Shown piece after piece: positions 51,750-64,000 of a stretch of DNA of 64,000 nt. The notes below the pieces were generated by a model, which was not told the origin of the DNA, did not search any database, and saw nothing but the letters and a program-made list of their open reading frames with translations. Positions within the stretch are counted from its first letter, which is position 1. Each line of letters starts with the position of its first letter. The translations under genes and the position numbers were made by a program. Source of the stretch: Chrysomallon squamiferum (taxonomy: Eukaryota > Animalia > Mollusca); the NCBI GenBank assembly GCA_012295275.1, contig CM022669.1, forward strand, positions 7,316,001 through 7,380,000. The letters run 5' to 3'.

Positions 51750-52028
51750 TAATAATAATAATAAATAAATAAATTAATTAATTAATTAATTAATTAATTA
51801 AATACATAAAATGAAATAAAATAAATAAATAAAAATAAATGAAATTAATAAAATAAAATAAAATATTTAAAGAAATAAAACTAATATCGCTATATATTAA
51901 TTATCCATATAAGGTGATAATGTTTGTGTTTGTTGAAAAAATGTTATCCCAATTTTAACAGAAATTAAAATATATCAAATATATTTACTGATTTCTTAAA
52001 CGGTTTCATAAAATAACATTTAAAATTT

Positions 52029-52126
<98 letters not shown>

Positions 52127-52722
52127 ATTCGTTTCATTCTTTTTATTTTATTTTATTTTTTTAATAATTTTTTATTTAAAATAATAATCAAAGTACAAAG
52201 TACTCACATATTTTATTTAACTGCGTGAAATTTTCAGTTCTCATTGAAAACGAAAATAATACACCCAATAATTATTTCTTCTTTCTTTTTTTACCTTCGT
52301 TTCTTCCTTCTTTCATTTCGTGTCATAACGAAAGATACATCGTGATTCTTCTCACTGTGTGTTGTGTTTCTGTGACCCAGATATTTTCCTTTTCAAAACA
52401 CATTGATGATTCGTTCTATGCGAATTTCTTTTTTTCATTTACAAGTGCATGTGTACCAGAATATGCAGTTAGTGCACAGACAGACTCACACAAACACAAA
52501 CGGGACATACAGAGAAACAGACACAGAATACCCGACCTCACGCACATATACAAACATTCATACATTAAAAAAAATACGCATTGATATCTACTAATTTATC
52601 AAATTATAAGATTTTGTTATTAATTCTGGATAAGTTATTTTGTACATTAATATTTATTATGTAATTTTTTTACATTAATAAATAAATAAATAAATAAAGA
52701 CAATAACAATAATAATGAATGA

Positions 52723-52820
<98 letters not shown>

Positions 52821-52843
52821 TAATAATTATAATGATGATAATG

Positions 52844-52888
<45 letters not shown>

Positions 52889-54507
52889 TAATAATATAAT
52901 ATAAAAAATTCAAAGATATTAAGTAAATAAGTAAATAAATAAATATAAATGAATAATTAAAAATGTAATTTGGTTAAGTTTTAAAAAAAATGACATTCTT
53001 TCTCAGTTCTAATTTAACATCATAAACATTCTGCTTGTAATATTGTTACAAAAATATTGATACGGATACCATCATTTTACTAGTAAAACAATATTATATT
53101 TATTATAATTTTGAATAAAAGAGATAGTTGGAAATAAGAATATTTGTCAACAGTTTTGTTTGTTATTTTAAAAACAATATTTAACCACTCAGTATAAAAT
53201 AACAACTTTCGTTATCAGAAACAACAATTATCTATTTTTTTTTTTTTTGAAGATTTTTTTTTTTATTTTTTTAAAATTATCTTTAAAATAGCAGTCATGA
53301 TCAGTTTAAACAAAATTTCAGTTCTGTCTGAACTGAATTAAACCGAATTAAATTTATTTAAACTGGCCACAATTTAAGCGGCATTTGAGACAGACTGTAC
53401 AAATATAAACACATAACTAACAACAATAATCAACATCGCTGACAACACTCAACAGCGAAAACACGAATACAGTTTACATCATTACATCATTTCACTTATT
53501 AAAGACATTTTAAAACATTAAACTTCATCAACGACAACGACAACGGCACGGGGCCGTAGAATTATCAACTAATGCTCTTCAGTTCTTCGATCTTCGTTTT
53601 TATCTTTTTCTTCTTCTACTTATTGATATAATAATTTTCTAAGTTATTATTAGCAGTAGTAATAGTAGTGGAGTAGTAGTAGTGGTAGTGATAGAGTTAG
53701 TAATAATAGTAGTACTAATGGTAGTAATAATAGTACCACTAATGGTAGTAGTAGAAGAGAAATGGTAGTAGTAGTAGTCGTAAAAGTAGTAGAAATAGCA
53801 AAAGTAACAGTAGTAATAGAAGAGGTAATAGTATTAGAGGTAGTAATAATAATAGTAGGAGTAGCAGAAATAGAAGTAATAGTAGTAGTAGTAGTAACAG
53901 AAGTATGTAGTAGTGTGTTATACAAAAGATTTTTTTTTTTTTTTTAATGGTTTGTTTTAAATGAGCGTCTTTATATTAACGTTTATTAAGAGTCAAGGAC
54001 AGTTATTATTGTTTTAATTCTGACAGAGGAATGCCACAGCCTTCTTGTATCGATAAATTAATTATTGTTGGATAAAAGTTAAAGACTCGCATCGCGAGTC
54101 AGGCAAAATATAACGAATTGTTCTGGGATTCAGGATTTCTAAATTGACATGTCGTAAATATTAGTCTTAAATATTTACGACTAATATTTACGACATGTCA
54201 ATTTCGATTCCTTGTGATAAAGGCACTGTATCGTTAAGAGTGAGAATAAAATATATGAAAAAAAAAAAAAAATTAAATTAAATTAAGGTTTAAAAAAAAT
54301 GTTCGTTTATGTTGTACAAGATAAAACTATGAAAAATAAAATAAAGAGACAAAGAAAAAAAATGAACTAAATAAACGAAGGGAAGGGAAGATGACAAAAT
54401 GAAAAACCAACAATCTATTACATTATAATAACACATACCGCCGCAAAAAAAAAAAAAAAAAAAAAAAAATAATAATAATAATAATAAGAAGAAGAATAAA
54501 ATAATAA

Positions 54508-54566
<59 letters not shown>

Positions 54567-56668
54567 AATAAAATAAAAATAAAACAAAATTAAACGTAAT
54601 ACGTCTGCTGGTATAAATTCACGTATGATCAAGATCATTAAATATATTGTTTTTCCGTTTCGAAGTCTTCATAAATGTTTTTAATGTTGTTTTATATCGA
54701 AGAATGCAGTCCGTTAAAATCGTAGTCACTGAACATAATATCAGTGTTATCTGATTGTGGTATTAAGTAAACAAGCTGGTTGAACATTTGTCGAAACAGA
54801 ATAGCGTACTTCAGTCTTGGGGATCAAATAAAAAGAAAATTCGATGATAGTGATGTCGAAGTCGTTAAATAATAATAAGAAGAAGAAAGAAAAAAGAATT
54901 TTTTAAAGAAGAAGAACCAGAAGAACCAGAAGAAGAAGATGAAAAAGATTACGAATATATTGAAGAAATTTATGAAATAACAATAACAATAACAATAACA
55001 ACAACAACAACAAGATGAACAAGAAAAAGAAGAACACGAACAAGAAGACTAAGACGACCACGAAGCTGACAGTAAAATAAGACAGAAACGTTTCAGTACT
55101 GGACAAACCAGTCAAACGTCGAAACGTCCGTCACGTATTCGGTCACAACTGAATTTACGCCACGAGAGAAGTACAGAATCAAAAATGTCCCCTCGGTTGT
55201 TATGATCGACGCCCAGTTGTCGTAATCGTAGTCGACGAACATCACCTTTTTGTCTTCACAGCAGGACACGTCGGCGTCACCAGGAACATCGGCCGAGACG
55301 TGACCGCTTGGTGCCAAGTGGAAACTGTCGGGCTGCACGGTGATATAAAACCCGTTCATGTTTTCCATGCCGATTCGAACAGAGTAGCCATCTTTGATCA
55401 AGCGGTTGAGACGAGGCAGGGAACCAGCGACCGTCGGTTTGTTACGCTGCAGTGAATACACCAGATTCCATCTGCGGCTGTCGACGTACCACGCAACTGA
55501 AGAGTTGTGAGAGGACGTTGCTATGATTTCCTCCGTGTCCAGTAACACAGTGCGTACTGAGACCGTTCCGTCCGAGGACACGATGCATCTTCGCGCTCGT
55601 AGTTCGTTAGGGTTTCCCTGGTCATAATCCGTCGGTTCCACGACGCTTACGATCGCACTAATCATCTTGCCAATGGTGTACACTCCTTTAGTGTTCGTGG
55701 TGACGTCGTCAAATGACACTCGAACTGGGTGACCGCCAGCTACATAGACTGCGAGAGACGAAAGCGACCCAAAGATTTCCTTGCCTGAGTTATCAGTTTC
55801 GAGGATCTTTCTCCAGCAGTTATCCAGACACCAATAACTTTTTGGGTTGCTGGAAACGACGCTGTTTTCGACGGTGTTAGAGCCTAAATTCAAGTGGGTT
55901 ACGATGTTGTTGTCGTAGTCATCCAGCCAGCGAAACTCAAACAAACTCTTTCCCAGATCAGGTAGATAATCTGGCATGGAAGCAATGATCCTGCCGGAAC
56001 GGGAAAAAATCGTCTTGTCTACGACGACAGGGTAAGCTTTGCTCAAACCATTCCTCAAAGCTTCGCGCGAACCCTGAACCACATTTCCATTTTCTGTCTG
56101 AAACACTGGACTGTTCGTGTTCTTCTCGACGTACCACTTGAGGGACGCCGTCGTCGATTCTTTGCTGTGCAGGTAGCCGCCGAGGGTGTATCTGACGACG
56201 TTGACAAGGCCGTCGTGACGAATCATCGTGAATTCTCTTGTCGGTGGGAAGGTGTAGTTGTCCCAGCTGGATTTCGACAACGTCTCTTGAGTCTGGATCC
56301 AAAAGTAACCCTCACTGTCCATGCCAAATGTTTTCGCGTTGACCACGACTCGATTGTCCATCATGACTTTGTGTCTGTCCACACAGGACGGGTTCAACAC
56401 GGATTCCATCGCGTTCTTGAATGTTGTGGCGTTTTCCGAGTGCGGAATAACGTGCCACTGTGTCCTACAGTTTTCTGTGAAATAAAGATTAAATCCTCCT
56501 CATCAAAATAATAATAATAATAATAATAAAGCAGTCTCTAAGCATGGTTTAAACTCACAGGCTTTGCCAATTTTATAGCAGGTCAAAAAAAAAAAATAAT
56601 AATAATAATAATAATAATAAAAATAAATAAAAAAATAAAAAAAATAAAAATAAGAATAATAAGAATAA

Positions 56669-56729
<61 letters not shown>

Positions 56730-57000
56730 AGATAGAATAACATATATATAAAGAAAATATTAGTCCATAACTCAAATATTGCACATACCAGGTTGAGCTT
56801 CTAGGCAGTATCTTCCAGTGTATTCATCTCGACAATTACAAAAACCAAAGTCTTGATTCCGTCCGCCGTTCATACAACGATTCTGAAAAAAATTACATGA
56901 AAACGTAGAATACTTCATTAACAGAACTAACCCATGCAATTAAAAATAAATGAATGAATCAACGAATGAATCATACTAACAACAATAACAACAACAACAC

Positions 57001-57072
<72 letters not shown>

Positions 57073-57774
57073 GGATATATGTGATTTATTTCGATTTTTC
57101 TTTTCATAATTTATACTCATTTTTTTTGGTTTCATTGATTTAGTTAAGTAGCTGCTGCAACAGCAGTAGTAGTAATAGTAGTAGCAGTAGTAGTAGTAGT
57201 AGTAATAATAATAATGTAAAAAACAAAATTAACTATTATTAGTAAAAAGCGAGCATGTATATATATATATATATATATTAAAATAAATATGACGAAAAAT
57301 ACCGTAGATAAACTAAAACGCAAAAATTAATCATAGATATATAATTAGCGCAATAATCAGTTCGAAACTAGTTTTAAAATAGTATCATCTAAACAATCAA
57401 AGATAGACTGGTACCTGTTACATTGCCGTCAGTAGTAAGAAAGAATCTTAACTTTGGAAGTACAGTATGTGATGGTAATGTTAACTATTACAGTGATAGA
57501 GGGTTATTCTGCTATATCAGAAATCATAGTGATGATTATGATGATGATAATGATTATGTGTATTGTTATAGCTACTGTAAAAACTACAAATAAATCTACG
57601 TTTAATATATATTGAAAATAGACTAACTAACTAAATAAATAAATAAATAATTTAATAACTACAATAATAAATGACTTGATTAATTAATAAGAATTGAAAA
57701 CGAAATGAATTGCATGAATAACCATAATTTGTTGGGACTGCCTAAAACTACAGTTACAGAATTTTATTGTTTAT

Positions 57775-57836
<62 letters not shown>

Positions 57837-59968
57837 CGTGCTGTAAAAAGTAATATTGTCTTACTGTTTACAAAAATCTTACTGATACATTGCTAACTGC
57901 TACAAGAACTTTTACTATATCAAGAACTATACAGCTAATAATAATATCACCTTTTTAAGTTTAAAAAAATATATATTCTTATAAGGACATTGGTAATTCT
58001 TATCATTTTCAATACCACAGAGCAAAAACTAATAATAAATTTAGAAGATTCTTTCTGAGACATTGCTAAATCGTCTCATCTGGTATTCATTAGAGCTAAT
58101 AATAATACTAATTTTTAAAAAAAATTCTTATTGGACATTGGTACTTCTTACCAGCCAATAATACATACCACAGAGCTAATAGCATACCATCTTATTAATT
58201 TCAACAAGTTCTTACCATCTGGTATATCGTGCAGCTGCTGGTATCGGGTATTTTAGAAACTACGGAGGATACGAAGATGCCAATCTTGTGACACGTCTTA
58301 GAACACAGGATGACGTCACTGCACGTTGTATCTGAAAAACATTCCTTGGCGCACTGGTTGAGGGATTCTACTTCGTGCAGTGAAACTGTCCGCTTGAAGA
58401 GACGAGAGAACAGTTCCTCGCTGGGTACTCTTCTTTTCACTGACACAGGGTTTTTGCAGAAAGAGCTGCGAGCCTCGGAGATGTAGAGGAGGATGAGGAT
58501 TAAAAAAACCCAGTTGATGTCTTGTCTGGGAGTCAGAAGCATTGCTGCTTGTTTATCTTTTTTCCCAGATAGATGCTCTGTGGTCTAAATACTGCTTTTA
58601 TTTTCTTCTGTTAATACAAAATGTTTTTTGTTCTTGTTCTTCTTATTCTTCTTCTTCGTTAAATTGACGAATCGTTGCGTAAAACGGTTTTCTCTCGTAG
58701 CAGAATGTTTTTTTCTTTCTTCTAGCTATTTCATGAGCTGTCTTGCCTAGCTTTTACCTTGATTAAGTAACTTGGTCTTGAGAATCTGATGAATCTTGTC
58801 GCATAAGATTTGCTTCTTACTTACTTTTCTTTGCCTTAACTTATCACAACTTCTCCAGCTGATAAAATTATATCTTTTTGTTAATTACAAAACGAGCTGA
58901 GTCTCAAAGATATATTCGCAGGATCGTGTATTTTATATTAAAGAGCTTTTTTTGGTCGTGTTGTTTAAATATGCAGCGTAGAATTCACTAGTAACAGTGT
59001 TTAACTGTACATCTCCGGAAAACAACAGAACAGAGATAACTAGAAACAGTGCTTAAATAAATATACATCCACGGATCACAAAGGTACAGAAATAACTAAA
59101 AACAGTGTTTAAATTACCATCCAGCTATATGGAAATAACTGCAAACAAAAACGTCTCTAGCAGAAACATTCACAATTGTAAACGTTATTAACGTTTTGCT
59201 GCGATATTTATTCGACATTCATATGAATTGTAAATATAAAATTATCATATTAGGCAAGGGCGTATATGGAGAAATTTTGAGGGACGGGGGTGTGTGTGGA
59301 TTACCGGTATAAATTAAGAGAATGTTATTAATTTTTGCTGGTAATTTAAAAAAAAAAAAAAAAAAATAAAAATATTTAGAGTACCTGAGATTCAAAGCAA
59401 AAAAAAATATAAACTTAATCTTTTTAAAGATAATAAAAATAAATTTAAAAAAACAACGAGTCGTTGCATGCTCTTTTATCAGAACTGAAACCGCCACTGA
59501 TTCTCGGCTAAAAAAGTTGTGTGAAAAGAAGAAAAACGACACCTGTTTTAATGAGGACTAACTAAACGATAAACAAGCAATTACCCAGAACAATGTCAAA
59601 ACTAATAGGTTAATAATGAGAAAGAATCAAAACCCGAATCTCCTCACGTCATATTAAGTTTCAAAATTCATCGTCGAACCGTGAAAATCAATAATTAGTA
59701 TAGAAATCTGCGTCAGCAGATCATCAGTTATTTATTTGCAATCCACCTTTTGTGTCCGTGAATGCGTTAGAAACAACGCTGAAAGTCATATTTCAAGTTA
59801 ATATTAAAATATGGAAATATTGTTAATAATAAAACAACAAAGGGAAACAGGAAGAGCCACAGGCTACAGAGAGAATACTGAAAGGTTTAGAAAATAGGAT
59901 AGTCGAACGGTCGTAGATTTAGTTACGGACGAACGGTTTGATAAATCATAAATGAAAAGAGTAATTTG

Positions 59969-60001
<33 letters not shown>

Positions 60002-60050
60002 CACCCAAAAAGAGAGAGAGAGAGATACACACACACACACACACACACAG

Positions 60051-60144
<94 letters not shown>

Positions 60145-61215
60145 TGTGTGTGTAAACTTTAAGGCACAGTGCACACAAACATATTTCAAGAAGGTTTCTC
60201 TGGTAACAGTTACGAAATGTGAACTATTATCCAGTTTTATGCATAGCGCTGTATTGTCTACAGTCAGATGATTATTCTTTTAACTCAGTTGGATTATCGC
60301 ATTATCTCCGCCGTACGGTGAATAAACTAATATCTGGAATCCTATTTCAAACTTTGCCGACATAAAGACATCAAGATTTCTAATATGAAATCCGAGGCGG
60401 ACAAGTTCGCGACAAGCAGATGGTGCTTCTCGGGGTCTCAATCCACAATATTTTTTTTTTATTTTTTTTTTCACTTTACACTGTGTAAACGTTTCATCAG
60501 AACTTGTCAAGGGAACAATACCCTTAATTACCCTAATTTCTTTTTACCCTCGCCAAATATTGCTCTCAGTTCTAATACAATAATATGTTTTCCTTCGTGG
60601 CGGGATGTTGCCCCGGGCATTGAAGCACTGGCGCAGGTTCGCTGCAATATCGTGGCCCTGCTGGCCTTCCATATACCGCGGCGCTGTCACGCACGGCAAA
60701 CACGAGCTAATTTGGAAGAGACGAGAATCTTTTTATTGGTGTTTAAGAATGATTTTAGTGTTCATTCAATAACGTAAGAAAACGTTATAATTCCGTCTAA
60801 TTTTTTCCAAGCGCCAATATTGAAGAGACGTATCTGAGCATGAATGGGGGTTGGCAGTTCGAGATTTTGTTGAAGCCTACGTCCTTTGTCATCTTCATAA
60901 TTAAATTAGATGATAATAAATGAAGGAATAAACGCGAATTTCACGCTCCGGCGACTCTCTGAAGGTGTTATCGTGTTGCTACTCCGGTTGAGCATAATAC
61001 CGGACATTTTTAGCCTGGGGGTGAGCAGCGGGGTGCACGCGCAGGATGGACGGGGCGGGACGATCTTTTTTTTTTTATATACGTACATTTCTATGGGAAT
61101 TCTTTATACATGTTATGTACGTACAAACAACATACAGCGTTAACGTGTATTAATGCATAAATACGTCGGCGTTTAGTTTTTCTGTGAAATTAAGTTTCGT
61201 TATAATATACGTTAA

Positions 61216-61297
<82 letters not shown>

Positions 61298-61912
61298 GTA
61301 GTAGTAGTAGTAGTATTACCGTTGTTGTTGTGTTGTTGTTTTTGTAGTTGTTTTTATTTTTGTTGTTGTGCTATAGTCGATGTTGCTGTAGTTGTTTATG
61401 ACGATGATGTCGTTTTTTTGCTACAGTTTTTTGCTACAGTTTATTGCTGTGTTAATTATGTTAACGACATTGTTGTAGTTTTTATGTTGTTACTGTTGAT
61501 GATAATAATGATATTATTATTGCTATTGTAAACAACGTTTAATTTTATACTAAGGATAAACAAAGAAGAAACTGATATAAATAAATAAATAAATAATTTA
61601 AGAAAATTATCATCATCATTGTCATTTTCGTCATCATCATCATTATTATTATTGTTATTGTTATTATTATTATTTAGGAAAGAAAGTTCACAAAGGTGAC
61701 GAACACAGAGACGGAGACGTAGATGAAATCGAAATCTGCGACGACGACGACTCTGAAGACGGGGCGAAGAAAAACATCGTCGTAACAGGACGACGTTCAC
61801 CACGTACCAGCTGCACGAGCTTGAGCGCGCCTTCGAAAAGTCACACTACCCGGATGTATACAGCAGAGAAGAGCTGGCCATAAAGATCAACCTACCAGAG
61901 GTCAGAGTTCAG
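49551..61912 (+). CDS. RAX: Retinal homeobox Rx/RAX, exons 1-2 (3' exon beyond the window)
   Basis: Exon 1 (49551-49767) has the eh1/octapeptide FHIDSILG and a phase-1 donor A|GTAAGT. It joins in frame to exon 2 (61678-61912), which encodes [49 protein letters not shown], diagnostic of Rx. Confidence 0.93.
54141..54204. repeat. 64 bp near-perfect palindrome
   Basis: aaattgacatgtcgtaaatattagtc-t-taaatattta-c-gactaatatttacgacatgtcaattt; one mismatched pair. Confidence 0.9.
55093..56474 (-). CDS. Nested gene exon 3 (repeat-domain region)
   Basis: Contains the 438-aa ORF 55093-56409, extended to the acceptor ttcacag at 56475-56476. Confidence 0.88.
55093..58542 (-). CDS. Secreted ~600-aa protein (signal peptide, PAN/apple-like, EGF-like, four repeats of an uncharacterised domain), nested antisense in Rx intron 1
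   Basis: Exons 58542-58216 (phase 0), 56882-56789 (CMNGG...CNC..EYTGRYC, phase 1) and 56474-55093, all frame-consistent with GT-AG sites. Confidence 0.85.
56789..56882 (-). CDS. Nested gene exon 2 (EGF-like)
   Basis: ttttcag|[31 protein letters not shown]|GTATGT. Confidence 0.8.
58216..58542 (-). CDS. Nested gene exon 1 (signal peptide + PAN/apple-like)
   Basis: [26 protein letters not shown]...[15 protein letters not shown]....SKTC; donor ATG|GTAAGA. Confidence 0.82.
58985..59125. repeat. Three-copy degenerate ~55 bp minisatellite
   Basis: (a)cta(g/a)(t/a)aacagtg(t/c)ttaa...catc repeated three times. Confidence 0.65.
61678..61912 (+). CDS. RAX: Rx exon 2 (homeodomain residues 1-46), ending at a GC donor
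   Basis: tttag acceptor; PRD-class homeodomain; CAG|GCAAGT. Confidence 0.95.
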
Positions 61913-62192
61913 GCAAGTATTTCCGGTGGATAAATTAAAATTAATAATTAGAAAGTGTACCGGATGGGATTTAGGAAAAGTTTGTGAAATAAATAAAACT
62001 TTTTGGATTTTTGGAAATAAAATATTTCTTACATATTACGAATAACTTAATATAGACTGTCTACTATCTGAATTTAAAGTTTAGAAATTACAAAAGTATG
62101 TTTCAATAGTACTAAATATATTTTTGATGTTTTTTTTTTTTCTTCTAAATGCTTCGGCACGATTAAAGTTTTAAAATAGAGGATGATTTTGA

Positions 62193-62224
<32 letters not shown>

Positions 62225-63494
62225 CAACAGTTGTAATGATCATGATGTTAACAAACAAAAAGAAATGAGGAGTACATCGAAGAAAAATCCAACACACTGT
62301 AATTGTATCACATATTTTGCAATTTATTTTCGTTATTTATATGCATTTTGGTTTCTTCTGTTTTATTTGTTGATTTTTTTTTACTTTTGCATTTTTCTGT
62401 CCTTAGTATGTATTTTCATTTGTTTGACATACGTTTTTTGAAAATGAAGAAAAATAATAAGATTAAATAAATTAGTTTATTTAATTATTAGATTTTCAAC
62501 GCCATTACCCCAATCTAGACACATCCAGTCAGCAGAATAAATACAGTAAATTATTTCTTTCCTTCTTTTTCTTTTTTCTTTCTTTCATTTTTCTTCTTTT
62601 TTTTTTTCTTTTTTTATTTTATTTTATTTTATTTTTTTTTAGTTTCTTTCTTTCTTCTTCTTCTTCTTTTTTTTTTTTTTTTCAAAAATCGAGATTTACC
62701 CAAACCCGACCATTTGGAAACAACGAAAATACGTTAAGTGTCATTAATGGATGTGAGGTTGGCCAAAATGACGTCTGCCTAGTAAATGTTGACAAGCCAT
62801 CAGCCGTTCTGCTCTTGTTCAATAATTTTCTCATCACATTCTCTTTAACCAATTACTTAATCAGAATTCAATTCACTTTGTCTCTCGTCGTTCCTCGTAA
62901 CGATGTTATTTCAGCTCTATCACCGTCTTTGTAGTTATCGCGTACTGTGGGTTATCGTTCGCAAATTTTAATGTCACCAATGGGCAACTCGATTGGCCTC
63001 TCATTATATCACACAATGAAATTAGCGCCCTCTGTCAACAATTATCGCCAATCGAACATTCATTCTCCAGCTAACACGGGCTCCGGGCTGCCGAAGCCAA
63101 TTGGTTAATCAAAAGGTTTAGCGCCAACAAAAGCGAGGCCGCTACAACGAGCTTTGAATAAAGGCGATGCGCCGCTTGAAAGAATAAGACAATTTGGCAA
63201 ACTCGGTCCCCATCGTCGGCGTTTGTTGTCGTCCTCGGCGTTCTGTACAAACGAGTTTAATCGGCATCATCGAAGCTCATTGACGAAGTGAAGGGAACAA
63301 AAGGCGTGAAAGAAAAAAGGTGACCAGAACTGCGAAGAATCCCAAGACGAGCAAGTGTTTGATGGAGAAAGCCATCTGCCATAGATATGATATTATTAAC
63401 ACTTGAAACAAACACTGCTGTGACGATTAACACGTTTGCTCTTCAGATGTTGGTCTTGCATCGTCTTGAGAAAACACTTCACCATTCGAAACAT

Positions 63495-63838
63495 TGGTTT
63501 TCATTACGTTACACTACGTTACGTTACATTTCATTTCATTTCATTACGTTACACTGCATTACATTTCATTTCAGTACTCTAGACTACAGTGTATTTCACT
63601 ACACTGCACTGCACTATATTTTTTATTACACTGTGTTATACAACACTACACTATATTTCACTATACTGCACTGCACTGCCTCGTTACGATACACTACACT
63701 ACGTTATATCTCATTACACTACAATGCAGTACTTATACACTAAACTACACTTCACTACAACACACACAACACAACACATTACACTATACTACAACACACA
63801 AAAATACTACACATTACACTACACTATACTACATTACG
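63495..63838. repeat. Degenerate pentanucleotide satellite (CACTA/CATTT/CGTTA)n
   Basis: Directly visible; produces the TLHY-type ORFs. Confidence 0.9.
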
Positions 63839-64000
63839 TGGTCTCCTCCCATTTGTTCGACATTCCAAGTGTCACACAGCTTATAACAACACAAATCATG
63901 TCTGAGTGAAGAATAGATCACGTGACTTCCACCTAGCATGCAATAACAGATTATCTTCCCAGTTGTTACTGTCAGCTTGGGGAATAATTAAGCAAACTCC

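Noticed and set aside
63387-63909. ORFs downstream of the Rx homeobox exon as Rx exon 3
   Set aside because: Pentamer satellite translations; no VWFQNRR or OAR motif.

Overview
AT-rich, microsatellite-laden, intron-containing animal DNA, probably lophotrochozoan or mollusc (an inference from gene content and repeat style). In order: (1) a decayed Tc1/mariner fragment; (2) three GT31 beta-1,3-galactosyltransferase-like genes with single coding exons, two of them arms of a ~12 kb inverted duplication; (3) an unprocessed PRPF31 pseudogene (+); (4) tail-to-tail with it, a minus-strand gene encoding seven tandem aegerolysin/actinoporin-fold-like domains. Its last four domain exons were amplified as ~0.9-1.1 kb units, and the introns between them each carry an open-frame copy of the PRPF31 terminal exon on the opposite strand. 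This is the most unusual structure in the window; (5) a five-exon cyclin O gene with an apparent 1-nt frameshift in its last exon; (6) the Rx/RAX homeobox gene (octapeptide exon plus homeobox exon ending in a GC donor; the 3' exon lies outside the window); (7) a secreted PAN-EGF-repeat protein gene nested antisense in Rx intron 1. All family calls come from manual translation and remembered sequences; no searches were run.
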